Shown here: piece by piece, positions 38,151 to 50,900 of the stretch
Numbering within the stretch: the stretch's first letter is position 1
Layout: every line of letters begins with the position of its first letter
Origin: Felis catus
Taxonomy: Eukaryota
Length of the DNA: 64,000 bases
Assembly: GCF_018350175.1 (NCBI RefSeq)
Contig: NC_058368.1
Coordinates: forward strand, 166,906,001 to 166,970,000
Direction: 5' to 3'
Position numbers and translations under genes: made by a program
The notes under the pieces: model-generated
What the model was told of the DNA's origin: nothing
Databases searched by the model: none
What the model saw: only the letters and a program-made list of their open reading frames with translations

Positions 38151-39869
38151 CACTAGATATGTGTCCTTTCTTGCGATTTCAGGGGACAAACTATGCTCTA
38201 TCCTCCAGAGTTCTCAGTTTTCCATGCCCTCACCCTGATAAGAAAATATAGGAGCTTTGGGAACTAATCAGATTTAGTACTAAACTGGCAGTTTGTTTTG
38301 ATTGTTTGTTTATATTTGTTTTTAATGTCAGAACAGTTATTCCTATCTCCCATTTAAGTTCCCTAAACATTTCATCCTGGTGCTGTGCTGCTCTGTGTTT
38401 AGAACACGTGAAAAGGCTGAAGCCCATTAGAACCACAGACTATCTATTATTCATCATTTTTATCTCCAGTGTCTAGTATCATGCCTGATACAGAGAACAT
38501 TCACAATAAATATTCCATGAATGAAAATAAGCCTATGCAACATGAATTACAACCAAAATCTGTTAGCAGAAAAATACAAATAACTTGATTGCCTGCAGTT
38601 TGGGATTATCCAACTAAGTAGGATACATCCACTTAGTTGCATATTCTCTGTCTTGCCAGAGATAGAATTGCAAATTCACCTGTGCAGACGTGTATGTTTG
38701 TATATATGTTGGTGCATCTGTCATCAGTCCTTGAACATATACTTTCTCTATCTCTACTTACATGCAAGGTACATTGGAAATATATTTGGTGTAAAACAGA
38801 TGCATTCTTTTTTAACTGGCTGAAATAAATTATAACTGTGTATTTTTTTAGATACAGATAAGAAACATTTAAGTGTGTGTGTGTGTATGTGTGTGTACAG
38901 AGGCATGCATATATCAAAAAGGGAAAAGATTGGAAATACTAAAAAGCATGAAGGTAAGATTGGTTCAGGAAAATAAATTAGTTTATTCTCTTTAATGCTT
39001 ACACAATATGCTATATAATGCTAGAATAACATATTTTCCACTGTGTATGAGTAATAGGTAGCAGGTAGTGTATCCATAAGGAGATAGACACAGGCAGTAG
39101 TGCCTAGAAAACTCAATCCCTTCACAGGCAGCTGACCTTATGAGTCGGAAGGAAATCAGTCCAGTTACATAAAACATTGGCAGAGCATGTAATAACTGAA
39201 GTGGCACTAATAGTGAAATACAGCAAATGCTCCAAGTCCTTTTCATATAAAAAAGAGGTCAAGCTTCCAGATGTTTCCACTGATTCATAAATAATTGGCT
39301 ACTGTTACAGTTACACTGCATTTTAATGGAGTTAGGCCATGTGGCTAACATTAGTTTGAGTCGTGTAAATAGTTCAACCGATATTTAAGAAAAACTTAAA
39401 ATCGGCTTAAATATCATTTATTGATAAGGATGGCCATAACATCCTTTTTATACCAACTTGTCTTTCTGTCCAATGTAGTATTTAGATCGTAAAGCCTGCC
39501 AAGTAATAAAGTTATTAAATAGGTACAAAACTACAAAGTCATTCTTGATCCCAGAGACTGTCTCTGAACATTGCAATGCATGTTGAAAAGGTTTATTCTT
39601 TTAGCAGTACTTAAAATCCCACATGTAATATCTGCTGCCCTCCCTGAGGCTCACATTATTTACTTCATGTCTCTTTTTTTTTAACCTGATTGTCCAAAGG
39701 TCTCTGGAGACAACTTTTTTTTTCAAGAAACTAACTTATGTTGAGTTGTTATTGTTTTTTTTTTTAAATCTGTACTCCACTGAACATTCCTGCCCTAAAA
39801 TTTATCTGTCACACCTCTGACCACATCCTTCTTCAGTCAAGCCTTAATTAGCATTTTGATACTTTCTCC

Positions 39870-40520
39870 ACAAAGACTCAGTAAAGATTGATAGCAGGTG
39901 CCTGCATAGCTATTTTATATTGAGTAGTCAAGAAAGCCTGCATTAAGGTGGAAACATTTAAGCTGATATTTGCATGATTAGAAGTCATGTAAGAGCAAGG
40001 AAGAAGTGATTAGAGGGCCTTAAGGCAAGAATAAGTTGGGCATGGTCAAGAACAGATAGAAAAGCAGTGTGGCTGAAGAGTGCTGAGCAAGTATCACAGT
40101 GGAGAGAAATTGGGACAGGGCATGCGCTGGCCAACCATGAGAGCTTGGGAAGCCAGGGTAAGGCATTTGAAATATACTTTCCACATGATGGTAAAGCACT
40201 GTGAATTTTACATAGGGGAAGAACATGTAATGATTTATATTTTTAAAAGAACACTATACTGCTGAATGGAGAATGGATTGATTGAAGAACAGAAGTAAGG
40301 GCAACTAGGTAGAAGACTCCTATGGAAATTCAGCTCAAAGATGAAGGTAGCTTGAACTAGAAAGATTTGAAAATAGAAATAGATGGATTCAGGAATATTT
40401 TAGAGATAGAATCAACCAGTCTTGCTGATAAACTACATGTGGGTATGAGGGAAAGAGAGAACCAAGGATGGCCATATGCAATATTTGACATGAGCAACTA
40501 AGAGGATGATGGTGTCTTAG
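39870..40520 (-). mobile_element. L2 LINE fragment
   Basis: GCAGTGTGGCTGAAG, ATGGTAAAGCACTG, TGAATGGAGAATGGATTG, ATAGAATCAACCAGTCTTGCTGAT, GAGCAACTAAGAGGATGATGGTG. Confidence 0.75.
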
Positions 40521-40574
40521 TCAATGTTCCATTTGCGTCCAAAAGGAGGGAAAAAAACCAATGACCCAGATCAA

Positions 40575-40807
40575 GGTAGTTAGGAAGGAGTTAATTTCCT
40601 CTTACTCAAGAGGATGTCAGCCTTTTTGTTCTATTCAGGCCTCCCGGGTGATTGGATAGGACCCACCCACATTAGAGAGAGTAATCTGCTTTACTCAGTT
40701 TAATTTCATCCAGAAATATTGTCACATACACACCCAAAATAATGTTTGACCAAATGTCAGAGCACCCCGTGGCCCAGTCAAGTTGACATATAAAATTAAC
40801 CATCACA
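40575..40807 (-). mobile_element. MLT2 LTR fragment
   Basis: GGCCCAGTCAAGTTGACATATAAAATTAACCATCACA terminus, same family as 1498-1950. Confidence 0.85.
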
Positions 40808-40949
40808 ATCTGTTTTGTATTCATTTCTCATGCCTTTCATCCTGTTGATGTGGATTCAAGGCAGATGCTTCTTTCTAAACGCATACATTGCATAGATGCA
40901 CTGGATGCATCCTGGTCACCTATTCAAGGACAGCTCTCCTATAAATAAA

Positions 40950-42120
40950 CAGTAAAGATTTCACAAATCCTTTCCCAATTTTGGTTATCTGCACAGTTGC
41001 TATATGCACAGGGGAGGTGAATATAGCCAAAAGTTTGAGGACGATGAGATACAAGGTTTGAGACGACACCAATACTAGAGGACCTAAAACTCCATCAATT
41101 TCTTCTAATTAGATGGAAGATTATATTATGGAGATGGAGTCATAAATGCAATTTGGACCCAAGTCTATTTATAGGAATTCCACACTATGGATAGTTACAC
41201 TGGTGCCAATCTGTGATTATTCATTGTTGTTCAACCCTGAAACTAATTACCTGGTCCCTTGAGTATACAATCAGCATAAATATATATTGTATCTCCAGAA
41301 CTTCACATTGCCTGTCTGATTGGTACAGTAAGAATCATCATTATGGAGGAAAGGCCAAGTGAGAGCTTCTGAAATTGCCTACTATACACACTTTCCCTTG
41401 GTCAAAATAGTAAATAGGAAACAATAGAACATCTCAGAAGGAATAGTGTCGCAAAGATTAGTACCACTATCAAACCTTCATTGGATTCATGGATGATATT
41501 TTCCTTCATCTGGCTCTTAAAAAAATGGATGGAATGTGGCAAATGACAGTAGACTAATGTAAATTTCTCCAGATAGTCACAGCTGTCATGCTAAATGCAT
41601 CCTTACTGGAGCAGATCCACAGCCTCTCTATTTTGGTATAAGGCTATTGATCAGATGGCAAATGTTTTCTTCTTTAACCCAAACAAGAGGCAAGGAAAAA
41701 GCAGTTTGCATTCACGTAGCAATTGTAGCAGTTCAGATTCAATGTATTGTCCCAGAGTTATTTTATCTTCTCCGGTTTTTTATAGAAATATGGTTATAGG
41801 GACAAGATCATCTTCACATTCTACAGAATATCAGGTAGTCTACTGTATTTATAACATCAAACAAATTAGATCTGGTAAGAAGTGGACATCACTCTGGGCA
41901 CCCTAATAAAATACTTCTGTGTCAATGAGAGGGAAATAAAGCTTCAAAAGGCCCAGGTGCCTCCCATGTTCAAGAAGGTTTTAGGGCCCGGTATCTGGGG
42001 GCACGCTGAGTTATGTCCTCTAAAACAAAAGACAATTATTTCACTTTGCGACTCCTACTACTAAGAAAGAGACACAGTGATTGGTGGGCTGCTTTAGATT
42101 TTGAAAGCAAAACATACTGT
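40950..42120 (+). pseudogene. Degenerate ERV-L protease and reverse-transcriptase (pro-pol) remnant
   Basis: Broken frames give DTRFETTPILEDLKLH (41048), YGDGVINAIWTQV (41127), DGMWQMTVD, WYKAIDQMANVFF, VYCIYNI and PTTKKETQ, matching ERV-L DTGSELTLIPGDPKRH, YGGQVINGVLAQV, DGSWRMTVD, WYAAIDLANAFF, VHYIDDI and PTTKKEAQ; many stops and frameshifts. Confidence 0.85.
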
Positions 42121-42169
42121 ATTATAAGGCATAATCAAGGGCTAGATTTAAGGAATGAAATCAGCAGAT

Positions 42170-43320
42170 TATTATGACTAGATCCTTGTCAGAATGTTTA
42201 ATCCCAAATTGTGGATCAGTGCTCCAGGGTCAATAAATTCTCCACTCTCCAGCTTTATAGTCTGTATTCTTCTGGTGAACATTCTCATTTCTATTCTAAC
42301 ATGTTCCCTGTTCCCTCAGTACCTGCTGGTATATATTAGCCAATTTCTAAAACTCCTCAAGCAAATAGGCTTGAACAACAATAGTTGTATTTCTCAGAAT
42401 GGCTGTGCTAAGAGATCGACCCTGGTTATTGTCCTGAAGTCAATGAGAAGCAGTGGGTGCAAATGCTGAGGGGAACAAGCATCATCTTGTAAGGCAACTT
42501 CCTCAGATGTGGCTATTGCATCGTTTCCATGGGAAAGGAGTCTGCTTCTGCAAAGAAGAGGAAAGGAGTTGCTTCCACCATCCTACAGTTTTAAGGGAAT
42601 CTAGAGAATGAAGAATCTCAGCCTTCCCCAAACAAATGGCCTCATGATAAGTCTTAGAGTCCCTATATTTTTCTGTTAAAGACCTGATTTGATATGGGAG
42701 AGGTGTTTCAGATATGTATTCAGCACAGTCTGATTTCTGATTATAGGGCAACAGAGTTTCTTAAAAGATTCAGTAGAGGTCCCTGGACTTCCGTAGGCAT
42801 TTGATTTTCTTTTTTTTTTTTTCCAACGTTTTTTATTTATTTTTGGGACAGAGAGAGACAGAGCATGAACGGGGGAGGGGCAGAGAGAGAGGGAGACACA
42901 GAATCGGAAACAGGCTCCAGGCTCCGAGCCATCAGCCCAGAGCCTGACGCGGGGCTCGAACTCACGGACCGCGAGATCGTGACCTGGCTGAAGTCGGACG
43001 CTTAACCGACTGCGCCACCCAGGCGCCCCGGCATTTAATTTTCTTTAGTCTATTATTTTCTTCTGCAAAAGATTCCACTGCCATTAACAAAAGCCAGCCA
43101 CTCCACAATTCTTATAATTATCTTTCCCCCATAACATTAAAAAGCAACTGCCATTGTAAAAAGTAACACCTTACCTTCTATCTGAACCTTATCCTATTTT
43201 AACTGTAGATCAAATCTTTAGTAATTGTGAAGCTACTATACACCATGAGATATCAACCTGCATATTATTAACAAATGAATTCTTAGACGTGCATGAGTTT
43301 TGTCTTCGAGGGTTGTTTCT
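42170..43320 (-). pseudogene. Degenerate ERV-L gag/leader remnant
   Basis: Minus strand 42258 to about 42184 reads IKLESGEFIDPGALIHNLGLNILTR, compare ERV-L Gag IKLDQAEFIDMGPLSRDSAFNVAAR. Extent beyond about 42370 is inferred. Confidence 0.65.
42813..43029 (-). mobile_element. Very young SINEC_Fc-type Can-SINE
   Basis: Body with CpGs intact; 17-bp TSD GGCATTT(G/A)ATTTTCTTT at 42796-42812 and 43030-43046 with one mismatch. Confidence 0.97.
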
Positions 43321-43324
43321 GATC

Positions 43325-43900
43325 CTAGTTTTAATCTGAGTTCCCCAGAAAGCAGAGACTAAAGTCTTGAACTTTTACTAGAGAGGGACTGAGGAGAAAT
43401 GAGAAGTGAGACAGAAAGAAGGAAGTATCAGTAAAATGATGTACTATTTAACTGGCCACCGCATTGTATCAAGTGCAACCAATTGATTGGTTGATTTCAC
43501 TTACACCCTCTTCCAAGAGGCCATGTAAACAACTACTTCTCAGTTCTGTCCATACTCAAAAGGAGAAGGAAAATATATTAATCTGTTCCTGTACCCTATA
43601 GATCACTCCACAGGCCTCCTGTCTTCCATTGGTTTGACCCACAGTTTTAACTCACACACACCTAGCTTGTACATGTGTGGACACTGAGGGGGCCCTGAGA
43701 AGTCTCAGGCTTTAGTGTGAACCAAGAAGCTACAGGCATAAAACTAAGGGTATACAGCCCAAACTTGCAATGAGGCTATCTTAGGTTGTACCATTGTGAA
43801 GTTGATGGAAGCCCATGTAGAACTGGGTTGTCTCAGCAACAACTAAAACAAGAGATGGGAGAGACTAGGAGAATAAAAAATATATATAAGAAGTGTCTGA
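43325..43900 (-). mobile_element. LTR16-like ERVL LTR
   Basis: GAGTTCCCCAGAAAGCAGAGACT...GAAGTGAGACAGAAAGAAGGAAG...CTGGCCACC resembles the reverse complement of LTR16-family 3' ends; adjoins the gag remnant. Confidence 0.55.
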
Positions 43901-44190
43901 TAGATAGACCAAAATTATGGGCTGGAAAACCTACTGGGAGCTAACAATAAGACTACCCAGTACAGTTTGAATGTTTTTATTTGTGTAGATATATCTTACT
44001 TATATCTACCCTGTCATTTTTATTTGGAATATCCATTTGCATAGTAGGATTATAATACAAAAACAAGGATTTTTCTCTCTATATATGAATATCTTCACCT
44101 TGGTGCAAATTTTTCTATTTTAACATATATGAATTGTCAGTAAGAAAACTAAAGAAAAATAAAGCTGTGTTTTGCTGTCTATGATCATCC

Positions 44191-44210
44191 ACATGCACAC
44201 GCACACACAT

Positions 44211-44244
<34 letters not shown>
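44191..44244. repeat. (CA)n microsatellite with degenerate 5' part
   Basis: Read directly from the sequence. Confidence 0.93.
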
Positions 44245-44247
<3 letters not shown>

Positions 44248-44823
44248 GCAGAAAGGCAGAGAACTGCTATCTTCACTAATAAATGGAAAAGTGTGAGTAT
44301 TTAAAAAAATTAGAGGCATGAGCCATTTATATTTTTCTGTAGACCTTATCCTGGTTATTGAGGTTGCATAGACAGAGTAAAATAAATTACTGTCCTTTTT
44401 AACTTTAGAAACACCCAAAAATACATAGATACATGGATATTCAGTCAGAATATACTCAAAGGTGTATATGTGACTGTGTGTTTTTGTGTGTGTGTTTGTG
44501 CATGCATATGTGTGTATGGAAAAATCTCTTTCTTTGAAAGACCTTAGTTTATCTCCCACCTCCATGTTTCAAACAACTCTAACCACACAGATGCAGGTCC
44601 AGATTAATTCTGATAATCTACAGCAATGGTCAATGGTATCTATAAATAAAGATAATTATTGATTTTTGCATAAATAAAAATTAATGGCATAAATACATTC
44701 ATGAGTATAAAATAAATAATTTTCGAAGTAAAATACATGTTAAAAAGTATTTGTGAGTTGGATTTGTATTGGATTGAATAGTAAAATACTGTCTACTTCT
44801 TTTTTTTTACAAATAAACAAATT

Positions 44824-45143
44824 CAGTTCACAGGTGAACAAAGCAAGGGTTAGGGATGCTGACCCCACAATGTAGGAGAAAATCTCCACTTTTGACTCCC
44901 CCAAAATTTAATTACTGATAGCCTGCTATTGAAGAGAAGTCTTACCGATGACATAAATAACACATATTTTGTATGTTAGATGTATTATATACTGTATTCT
45001 TGCAATAAAGTAAGCTAGGGAAAAGAAAATGTTATTAAGAGAGTCTTAAGGAAGAGAAAATACATTTACAGCACTATCCTATAAAAAATCCAAGTGTAAG
45101 TGGATCCACACAGTCCAAACCCAGGTTGTTAAAGGGTCAACTG
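44824..45143. mobile_element. Tigger2a-like TcMar MITE
   Basis: Ends CAGTTCAC..TGAACAA and TTGTTAAAGGGTCAACTG followed by TA; internal TTTTGACTCCCCCAAAA and AATAAAGTAAGCTAG. Confidence 0.85.
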
Positions 45144-46580
45144 TATTTCCAGAAAGGAATGGATGGTGTGTATATGGGAAAACAGTTGAAAAAGTCGACT
45201 GCCAGTTACAAATGAGGTAAAGGTCTGGGAAATTTTTTCAACTTTCTTTTTAGATAATGTTTTTAAATGTTTAAATGGTCTTTTAGACTTTTAGACTACA
45301 CCCTATGGGAATATATTGAGAACTAAAGAGAAGCTTTATCACAAACTCCCAGTAAAGTAGAATTCTGCCACAAGAGCTATACAAATGATGTGATAAAGAC
45401 GGAGAAGTGAAAGTGAGCAAGTGTCAAGATGAACAAAATTTTGTTGGAGTCCTAACTTCAATCTGGAGAATTAGCAAAGCCTTCACTATTAGATACAGGA
45501 CATTTAGAATGCACATGGATTTTACAATAAAATTTCAAATGATTAGCCTTAGGGATTCCTAGTTACTAGTTATAGGAAATTTTAAGCAAGTAAAATAATA
45601 TTAGATTGTAAATGGTATTATTCAAAAGAGATAATTTAACCTGACCATGCAAATAATTCAGAGACAATCTAAAATAAAGTATATTTATGACTCTGGGAAG
45701 TTCTTAAGCACTGACATTCTCAAGTTGATATAAAATAAGTCCTCTTTACATGTTCCTTGGTGCTGCCACCAAAAGGTCATGCTGGTGAGGCAAACAATTG
45801 ACCCTATAAAAGTTTCAGTCTTGCTACTGGGGAAGAAATTTGCCATTTAGTTTTCATGCAGTTACTAATGACACAAAACCATATTTTCATATTTTTTTTC
45901 AGAGTTGGAGAGTAATGAACAACTCTATTTTTAGAAATTTTGGGTAACTTGTGTTTACAGGTACCCAAGATAATATTTGATTGTGTCATGCTATCAGATG
46001 TATCCAAATCTGAAACTGGTAGATCATACCAGTGTTTAACAAAATCCAAATGCATTTAACAACAGATAAACCTCTACACAAGAAAAAGGCTGTGTTTTCA
46101 ATGTTAAATGATCTTTATATAGCTATCCAATACCAAACATGTAGGGTTTTCATAGAATCCTTACTAACTATAATTAAATATTTATTCCTTTAGATCGTAC
46201 AGAGCATACATTAGGCTGATTATAACCAGTGGACAAAGTAACCATCATCTAATTAATTTATGCTATACTCTGAATTGATAAGCCTCTCTTCTTTGTGTTC
46301 TGTTCCATTCATTGTTTTATATTGGGTCTGCTGCCAAATCACTCTCAATAGAAACTCTACAGGCATCAGTTTTTCCAATAACAAGTCATATTTTTATGGT
46401 GAATTCAGTATTTTAAATACATTTACATAAACCCATTTTTCAGTTAGTTAACATGAGTGAAGAAGTTTATTATTTTTAAGTTTTCTTTACAATTTCTGTT
46501 AATGAATTATTTGGAAAGAAATATCAGAAGCTAAAAAGGTGATATTTATAGTAATATGTAACCCACATAATTCTGTGAAT

Positions 46581-46800
46581 TAATATATACCTATATAAAT
46601 GGGTACTAACATTTTTTAAACAGTCACAATTCTGTACAATATCATCTTTTAATATATACCTATTTAAACAGTATTTTTAAACAGTCACAATTCTGTACAA
46701 TATCACCTTTTAATATATACCTATATAAATGGGTACTAACATTTTTTAAACAGTATTTTTAAACAGTCACAATTCTGTACAATATCATCTTTTAATATAT
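46581..46800. repeat. Mosaic tandem triplication (units of 69, 61 and 82 bp)
   Basis: TAATATATACCTAT and TTAAACAGTCACAATTCTGTACAATATCAYCTTT each occur three times. Confidence 0.92.
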
Positions 46801-47599
46801 TTACAGAAAACAAAATAGAATAGTGATTAAATATTCCACATGAATATCAGTGTTTCAAGAACATCTTTGGCTGGAGCTGGTTTTGAGTCTTCTTCCTCCC
46901 ATATATTGGGTGTTTTGCCTCCTTGTTCAGTTGGTGGTTTTGCCCATTGTTGGTGTGACTGTTTCCCATCAAATATCAATGTTATGGGAACCTATAATTT
47001 CCTCACAGTTCTGTATTTTTAGATAAATGGAAGTTCACAAAATTCTTCTTTGAAGGGAAATATGAAAACTCTTTCAACAAGTTTAAGCAAAAGTTGAGAG
47101 TTTATTACAACCCAGAAAAATCAGAGCCAAATATTTAATTACTGATGCTTACCAGCTATTAATCAGCAATGCCAGCATTCAGAAAGAGCCCCTCCCTGTC
47201 AGTAAGCTAACCAACCTTTAAGGTTTTTCATTACACCCAAGTCTCCTTGCCTCTTGGCATTAACTCAATAGATCCTAGTCTTTCAAATGTGTGTGTCATA
47301 AAGCCTTATTTCCGAATTATTGCATGATGTAGTCGGGCACTAGCAATAAGTCATGTGATTAGAAACTGAGATGAAAGGGCACATTGTTTAAAAGAGAAAT
47401 ATCATTTCAGATTTCTTTTTTCTTTTCTTTCTTTCTCTCTTTTCATTCTTCTACTATTCTAATAACCCAGAACTACAAAGGCATGATTGTATGTAAATGA
47501 TTTCTCTCCATGCTTCTTATACATTTCTCTTTACATCAAACCCCAGATATATGAGCTAATTTTTAGAGGCAATTTTAAAAATTATCTTCAAATTCCTTT

Positions 47600-47911
47600 G
47601 TATTTTTTAGAGTTTCATTGATAAATACTTGAAATACATTACTGTATAAATTTAAGTCATACATCATGATGGCTTGATTCACATGTACTGGGAAATGATT
47701 ATCACGATATGTTCAGCTAAAATACATCATACATATAGGTACAATAAAAAGAAAAGAAAGAAGAAAAAAAATTCTCCTTGTGATAAGAATTCAGTATCTA
47801 CTCTCTTGACAACTTTCTTATATATCACACAGCAGTGTTAGCTATAGTCATACTTTTGTACATTACATCCCTACTCCTTATTTAACTTATAACTCAAAGT
47901 CTATACCTTTT
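47600..47911 (-). mobile_element. 5'-truncated L1 3' end (L1MA9-like)
   Basis: GAAATGATTATCAC, ATCTACTCTCTTGACAACTTTC, GTTAGCTATAGTCA, TGTACATTACATCC, TTATAACTCAAAGT. Confidence 0.8.
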
Positions 47912-50900
47912 AAGTGTATAAAGTGATTTTCAAAAGTAAAAAACCAGAGGTGCTCGAATGAAGGAAATAATCAGAAGACACATCAGAATATAAAGATATT
48001 TTGATCTTTCTCTGATCATCTGACCTTATGTCTACCAAATATTTGTGATTCCCTACATGAATTCTAATTCAGTTGGCCTGTCACCACTCACTATTAAATA
48101 CATTATCTGCAAACCATACTGCTACAGACACTGGAACACTGCCCATTCTCTGTGGTTTCTCTTCAAAAGAAAAAAAAATCCTATCTCCCATTCTGAGAAG
48201 TGCAATAATTTATTCTATTTTTTTTTCTTCAGCAACATTTTTAGAGCAAAAACAAAAGCCAATGATCAGCAGAAGAACCAGAAATAGTACAGACAAACTC
48301 AACCACTCTTAAATAATATGCGTTCATTCTTTTCTACAATTTTTCCTAATTTGCTCCATTATTTCTAATATTTTTTTCATCCCTAAGACCTGATGAAATT
48401 TTTGACCTCAGCCCTACTAAATATGGAATACCCTCTTTACATAATAGCTTGTGAATCAAATTAAGACTCTCCCCCTGCTTCCTATAGTTTTTTTTTTCAG
48501 TTTCATAATACAATGATGATTAATTTGCATTATTTCCTATTAGAGTCTCACACCTTTCCTCCCTGTTATATACAGATTTTTAAGGAATTTGTATTTATTT
48601 AATCTTAATTCAAGTAGAAGTCTTACTGAGAGGGCAAGGGTCCATTCCCTACTGCTGCATGATGGAAAGAATGAGGTCAACTTGCCTTTATGAAAGATTT
48701 GAATCACCTTTGCTATAGACCAGGCACTAAACTAGGCATCTTTACAGACAGTATCTGACATTTAATCTTAATGTCACAAATACAGGAGTAGGCATCTTTA
48801 TAATATAATTTCAAGGATGTTAAATACTTTGTTTAGGATCAGAGAAATAAATTGGTGGACTGAAGATTTAAGCCCAGTTTCTGATCAAATCCTATGCTCT
48901 TATATCAATAACTGGGCTTCTTAATAGTGGGCCATGCTGATAGTACTTGTTCAAAGACCTTTGCTAAGTCCATATCAAAAGCTTCTCCTACCAATAAGAA
49001 CGTCAGAATGCCATGATTTCCTGTCTCTAGGATTTAAAGTAACAGTAACTTTGTCCCCAGACTTTCAGTTACTTAACTCCCACATTAGCATTATCAAAGT
49101 AGCCTTCTGAGCAAATCTGGCTCCATAAAAATGACATTGTAGTTACACTTGCTTGGTTGTTGAACAGCAGTTACAGTGTAATTAGTGCCACTTAATGGAA
49201 AGCGTTAGTGAAGTGCATATCGTTATTAATCAAACTCCAATATAAAGCTGGCTACAGTAATAATGAGTGCAATTATGGGCTGATGAACTGTTAAACTTGA
49301 AAACTGACCCTAACCAAATTTTCTTTCTTCAGAAAGTAATAAAACTCAAAGGGCTGAAAATCACTTTATTTCTCTGGGCTCTCTTGCCACAAAAACAACT
49401 TGGGAGATATTTTCTCATGCTCCACGTTTTATAATTTCATGCACACTGAAGCTTGTAAAGTGGTGTGAGTATTGGAAAATGTGACCCTAAAGATAAGGTC
49501 AACTCTAATCTGAACCTGACAAGAGTTGATCCAGCCCAGACTCGTTACCTACCAGACAATGTAGAATTTTATCCGGCTACTTTACAGAGTTTCACACACA
49601 CCAAAATCAAACATAAAAACTGTCCATTGAACCTGAATTAGCCAGCAGGCAAATTCAAGTTCAGAGTAAAATACTTGTTCCCTTAAAAAGTGTTTGACAA
49701 AATCCCTAGAGACTTGTGTAAGATGAGAGTCCCACACTCGTCTTCTCTAAATCTTGCAATGACTATTTGACAAATCTTTAATGGCATCTGCAATTCTTTG
49801 TATTAGAAAGTGTGTTTAGCGTTTATATGATGCCCGATGTGTTTAAAGCATGGTTTATTGCCTTGCCTTGTTTTAGCTCCACATATCTTTCTATGTAAGC
49901 TCCTTTCCAAATGAAATATCCTTGCTTTTCCCCAGTAATGATTAGAATGTCTTCTCACCCTTAAGCGTTCCTAAACATTTTTTGCAGCTGGATAAGCTAG
50001 CTGTCTCATATCATCTGATCACTGAAGAGGAAAGTTCTTGCTCTGAACCAGGGACTTGCATTTTATATGTATTGTCAGGATTGAAATTTTATCAAATTAG
50101 TAAATACCAATAAAGAGAATTGGAACAAACTTGCTAAATTCACTACATCAGGCATCCCAGAGCAATGTCCGGTAATTGACAGATGGGAACTGGATTCACG
50201 ACACACGAAAAACACAAGAGGAAGAAACAAAAAGAAAAGAGAGCTAAAGCCTAAAAATAATTGCACAATCTATTAAAGATGGATATGAAAACAACCCCCT
50301 AAAATGGAAGCAGAAGTGTAGAAGAGGAGCCTTGAGAGTTCTGTTATTTTTACTCCCACTGCTAGCTAAAGAATGAAGCCAACCTCTTTAACATGCACTC
50401 ACAGCCTTCTGTGATTTGGCTCCAACTTCAAGTTCCAATCCTTTTTTCTCCCACATCCATGCAAGTGCATACTATTGGATTGATAAATATGCCTTGTGTT
50501 ATGTTTTCCTTGCCTCATTATCACACAATATTATAAATGTCTTTTCAGCAACATTTTTGAATTCAGTGCATACCTGTGATCTTGAAGATTGCTCAAGGAG
50601 AGGGGAGATGTTTAGGGAAGAAAAGTGAAGAAAGACCAAGAGAGAGAATTCAGCTCAATTCCCCTGATTCAGCCTCCTTTTAACAACTCCTGCAATGCCC
50701 AAGCATAATCGATAATTCCAGGTGCATTCACCAATAATTTTCTCAATCCAGCCTGCTCAAATGGCAGCATTTCCTTACTCGATAAAAAATAGCTGAAAAG
50801 CCTTTTAAAGACAAAAATGTTAGCCAAATTACCACTATCACAATGTAGTTATTTTTTCTGTCATGTTTCAAAATATGATGCTTTCCACTTTATGTATTGA

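Noticed and set aside
40575..40807. MLT2 fragment as the LTR of the adjacent pro-pol
   Set aside because: Opposite orientation to pro-pol, no PBS or PPT at the junction, and a different family from the LTR next to gag.
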